From an uncultured virus (IMG/VR IMGVR_UViG_3300042308_001603) (taxonomy: Duplodnaviria; Heunggongvirae; Uroviricota; Caudoviricetes), in IMG/VR virus record IMGVR_UViG_3300042308_001603: 64,000 nt of DNA; one strand, written 5' to 3'. The first letter of the stretch is position 1. Every line of letters begins with the position of its first letter. Below are positions 61,226-64,000 of this stretch, piece by piece. Below the pieces are notes generated by a model. It did no database searches and was not told where the DNA came from. It saw only the letters and a list, made by a program, of their open reading frames with translations. Made by a program: the position numbers and the translations under genes.

Positions 61226-63442
61226 TTATTTTATTACTAATTTTCCAGTTTTAGGATCTAATACTAGTTGTGGTCCTTGACCAGCAGTATTTCCAGTGAT
61301 ATTATTTCCAGAACCTGGGGTAGATGTTGATTTACCCATATTAGGAGGAGGAGTTGCTTTATCACTTTGATAAGTAGTTACAGCTTGAAGTGGTGGTGGT
61401 AGCACTGGTTTTGGTTTTGGTTTAGGATCTGGAAGTGGTGGCGGATCAGGAATAACAGGTTCTGGTGTGGGTGACGGTGGTGGTGGATCAGGTGGAAGTT
61501 CATTTAAAATATATTTAGTAGCAGATAAATTATTAACATTTGCTTTTCTAGGAGCAAATCTATGAATTGGAGTAAAGCTAAATCCACTTACTTTTATAAC
61601 ATGAGCTAATTGTTTTACTGATGTATCTGGTTCTCCAGCATCATCAATTCCTATTTCCCAAGATGTTTCTTCACCTATTTCTATTGACATTCCTTCTATA
61701 AACCCAGGCATTTCTAAAATATATCCTCCAATAGTTAATGTTACTAAAGGTCCTCTCATATAACCAACTTTACTGTAATCTGGGGCCATATTAGAAATTA
61801 AATAATTTAATTTTTCATATAATGGAATTAATTCTATTTTTGATTGAGCTGCTATAGTAAACGATAATGAAATTTTTCTGCTAAAGCCATCGTAAGTATA
61901 AAAATCTTCACCTCTTCCAACATATCTTGAAGAATTCCATTTTCCAGTATATGAGTCACTAATACTACCTAAAAATGCTCTAAAATGTATATATGTTTTT
62001 TGAGTTGGATCATCATTACTAATTGCTGCTATTCTAAAATTTACTAAATCTTTTATAGTAGTATCAGCATTTTCACTTGTATATAATGGAACTAATGCTA
62101 TTTTATCATATGAATCAGGAGAAGCATTTCCCCCACCATTCCATCCTAAAGTATATGATGCTATATTTTTTGAAAATTTATTTCCTGGATCTCCTAGGTT
62201 AATTCTGTTTTCAATATTATATTTGGAGTAATCGGGGGAGTTAGATAAAATGATTGATGCCGCACCTTCTGCAATAGTATCTTCTTTTATTCTGTTTCTT
62301 ATTGTAGCTCTAAAATCTTTAAGTTTAGTTATTATATTATTTTGGTATGGCTTTTCATTAATTAATTCATTTTGAGTAAACACATACGCGCCACCAATAC
62401 TTTCAAGAGTAGTAGCTGTTCCAAATTTATTATTTGCAAAACTATATACGTTTTGAGGCCCAAGCCCCGCAGCATATTGATTAATTGAAGAACCAGAAAA
62501 AGGAGATGTTTTAAGAGAAGTTATTTTGGTTTCTAGATTTGTAAAAGAACTAGGTATTAAATTTTTATAAATAGCAGATACACCAATAGGATTTTGAATT
62601 TGAGAAATATATGCTTCATCTTCTCTATTAGTTAAAGAATTATTTAATCCATCTAAATAGTTAGAATTTTTTCCATAATTTGGATTATTTGCTCCTGTTC
62701 TTTGATCTGCAAACTGGATGTTTGTTAATCCTATACCTAAAAAAGAACCAGGACCACCTTGATAACTTATTAAGTTAACATTATCTCCTCTAACACTTAT
62801 AAGACCATTAGTTAAATATGAAGCTTTAGAATTATCTATTTTAACTCCATACAACGCAACTAATCTATTGTTTGAGAGTGAGCTTAATGGATTTGCAGCT
62901 CCTCCAAGTAAATTTCCAGCAATTCCTGTTAATGAAGCTGCTCCTGCAGACAAATTACTAATTGCTCCTGCTATAGCAGATGAATTACCAGTTACTACAT
63001 CTGAATAGGTACGTAGTGAGCGTAACCCACCAGGAATTGGGTTTAATCCCTGTTTATTTAAATGAAGACCAAAAGCTGATACTCCTGCCTGAGCTAGAGT
63101 AGACAGCGGTGTATAAACGTCTTCATTAACTAATTTACCACTAGCTTGAGTGCGTACTGCTGTTCTAGAAAGTAAATTTTGTTTTGCAATGAATAATAAC
63201 CCTGATGGGGTTTTTATGTCTGCAAAATACTTAGTTAATCTAACTACATCATTAACAGTAGCCAATGGAGCACCTATTGGTCCTCCACGCAATATAAAAT
63301 CACTGCCAAGAAAGTTAAAAGCAGGTGGTAAATTTACATTAATTGGTGTCTTAATGTAAGGTTGATTACTTGATCCTCCTCCTTCTCTATCATGACCATA
63401 TTTTAAATCTTTGAAATTTGTTCTAAGATTTACTAATGACAT
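61226..63442 (-). CDS. Putative baseplate/tail-tube initiator protein with Pro-rich tail
   Basis: FRAFL..ISD.Y...W...YVGRGE.FYTY.GF.R.ISLSF...LTIG; context. Confidence 0.55.
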   Translation of the reverse strand: MSLVNLRTNFKDLKYGHDREGGGSSNQPYIKTPINVNLPPAFNFLGSDFILRGGPIGAPLATVNDVVRLTKYFADIKTPSGLLFIAKQNLLSRTAVRTQASGKLVNEDVYTPLSTLAQAGVSAFGLHLNKQGLNPIPGGLRSLRTYSDVVTGNSSAIAGAISNLSAGAASLTGIAGNLLGGAANPLSSLSNNRLVALYGVKIDNSKASYLTNGLISVRGDNVNLISYQGGPGSFLGIGLTNIQFADQRTGANNPNYGKNSNYLDGLNNSLTNREDEAYISQIQNPIGVSAIYKNLIPSSFTNLETKITSLKTSPFSGSSINQYAAGLGPQNVYSFANNKFGTATTLESIGGAYVFTQNELINEKPYQNNIITKLKDFRATIRNRIKEDTIAEGAASIILSNSPDYSKYNIENRINLGDPGNKFSKNIASYTLGWNGGGNASPDSYDKIALVPLYTSENADTTIKDLVNFRIAAISNDDPTQKTYIHFRAFLGSISDSYTGKWNSSRYVGRGEDFYTYDGFSRKISLSFTIAAQSKIELIPLYEKLNYLISNMAPDYSKVGYMRGPLVTLTIGGYILEMPGFIEGMSIEIGEETSWEIGIDDAGEPDTSVKQLAHVIKVSGFSFTPIHRFAPRKANVNNLSATKYILNELPPDPPPPSPTPEPVIPDPPPLPDPKPKPKPVLPPPLQAVTTYQSDKATPPPNMGKSTSTPGSGNNITGNTAGQGPQLVLDPKTGKLVIK

Positions 63443-63714
63443 TATCCAGGTAAGTTATTGATGTACTGAGATGGAGTTATTCCGTTTGTATCTAATTGTG
63501 AAGGTTGAGGTAATACGTTTGCAACACCATCAACATATTGTTGATATTGACCATTCACAATAGAGAAATTTGCTCCATTAAGTGAATATCCAGGAGCGCT
63601 ACCATCAGCATGTAATTTAGATTGTTGTGTAGCTAATATATTTGTTGCTACTGGGCCACCATTTGCAATAGAATATGGAGAACCTTGAAGTGTTAGTTTA
63701 TTTAATAATCCCAT
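63442..63714 (-). CDS. Hypothetical structural-module protein
   Basis: ORF track; ATATTTAT at 63741..63748. Confidence 0.7.
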   Translation of the reverse strand: MGLLNKLTLQGSPYSIANGGPVATNILATQQSKLHADGSAPGYSLNGANFSIVNGQYQQYVDGVANVLPQPSQLDTNGITPSQYINNLPG

Positions 63715-63747
63715 GGTATTTTAATTTAAATTAATTTATTATAAATA

Positions 63748-64000
63748 TTATATTTTAGAAGTACCTACAGCAGCTGCTGTACCTACTTTAGTAGCATTAT
63801 CACTTACTGCTTGTACTGTTTGTTTTGCTAATACATCTTTATCTAACATAAGTGTGCTATTTACTGTCATAGGAGCATTTTTAAGAGCACTTACTACAGC
63901 TGATGCTAAAGCATTATAATCGATTTGTATCCCACCACTAGTAGCACTAATTGCTCCTTCAGATTTAAATTCAGTAATTTTTTCAGGTTCAGATACTACA
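63748..64000 (-). CDS. 3' end of a gene entering from beyond the window, possibly tape measure protein
   Basis: Open frame ...IDYNALASAVVSALKNAPMTVNSTLMLDKDVLAK...GTSKI*; position upstream of baseplate genes. Confidence 0.55.
   Translation of the reverse strand, partial: VVSEPEKITEFKSEGAISATSGGIQIDYNALASAVVSALKNAPMTVNSTLMLDKDVLAKQTVQAVSDNATKVGTAAAVGTSKI

Overview
The window is a 64-kb segment of a large, AT-rich, lytic-type tailed phage, probably a myovirus with T4-like replication. Essentially all genes lie on the minus strand and use the standard code. The host is most likely Bacteroidota, based on two T9SS-type C-terminal domains, TTG-N~20-TAnnTTTG-like promoters and A-rich non-Shine-Dalgarno leaders. 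In transcription order (right to left) the window holds: tail/baseplate genes; an atypical family A polymerase; SSB, RecA, 5'-3' exonuclease, helicase and nrdBA; a 7-deazaguanine DNA-modification cluster (dpdA-like, queC, queD, queE, folE) and thyA; two T9SS-cargo-like secreted proteins; a lysis cassette; PolB, sliding clamp, groES/groEL and clamp loader; a Cas4-like nuclease; a ~14.6-kb glycosylation cluster; and small genes sharing an N-terminal leader. Four free-standing homing endonucleases are interspersed. The most striking observation is a holin / PAS-PAS-2TM sensor / GH19 endolysin operon, which may be sensor-gated lysis. Other highlights are the phage-encoded T9SS cargo, a PolA with His at the steric-gate position, a Tpt1-like ADP-ribosyltransferase inserted between groES and groEL, and several single-gene cassettes flanked by direct repeats. 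All protein calls come from motif recognition by eye; no database searches were run.
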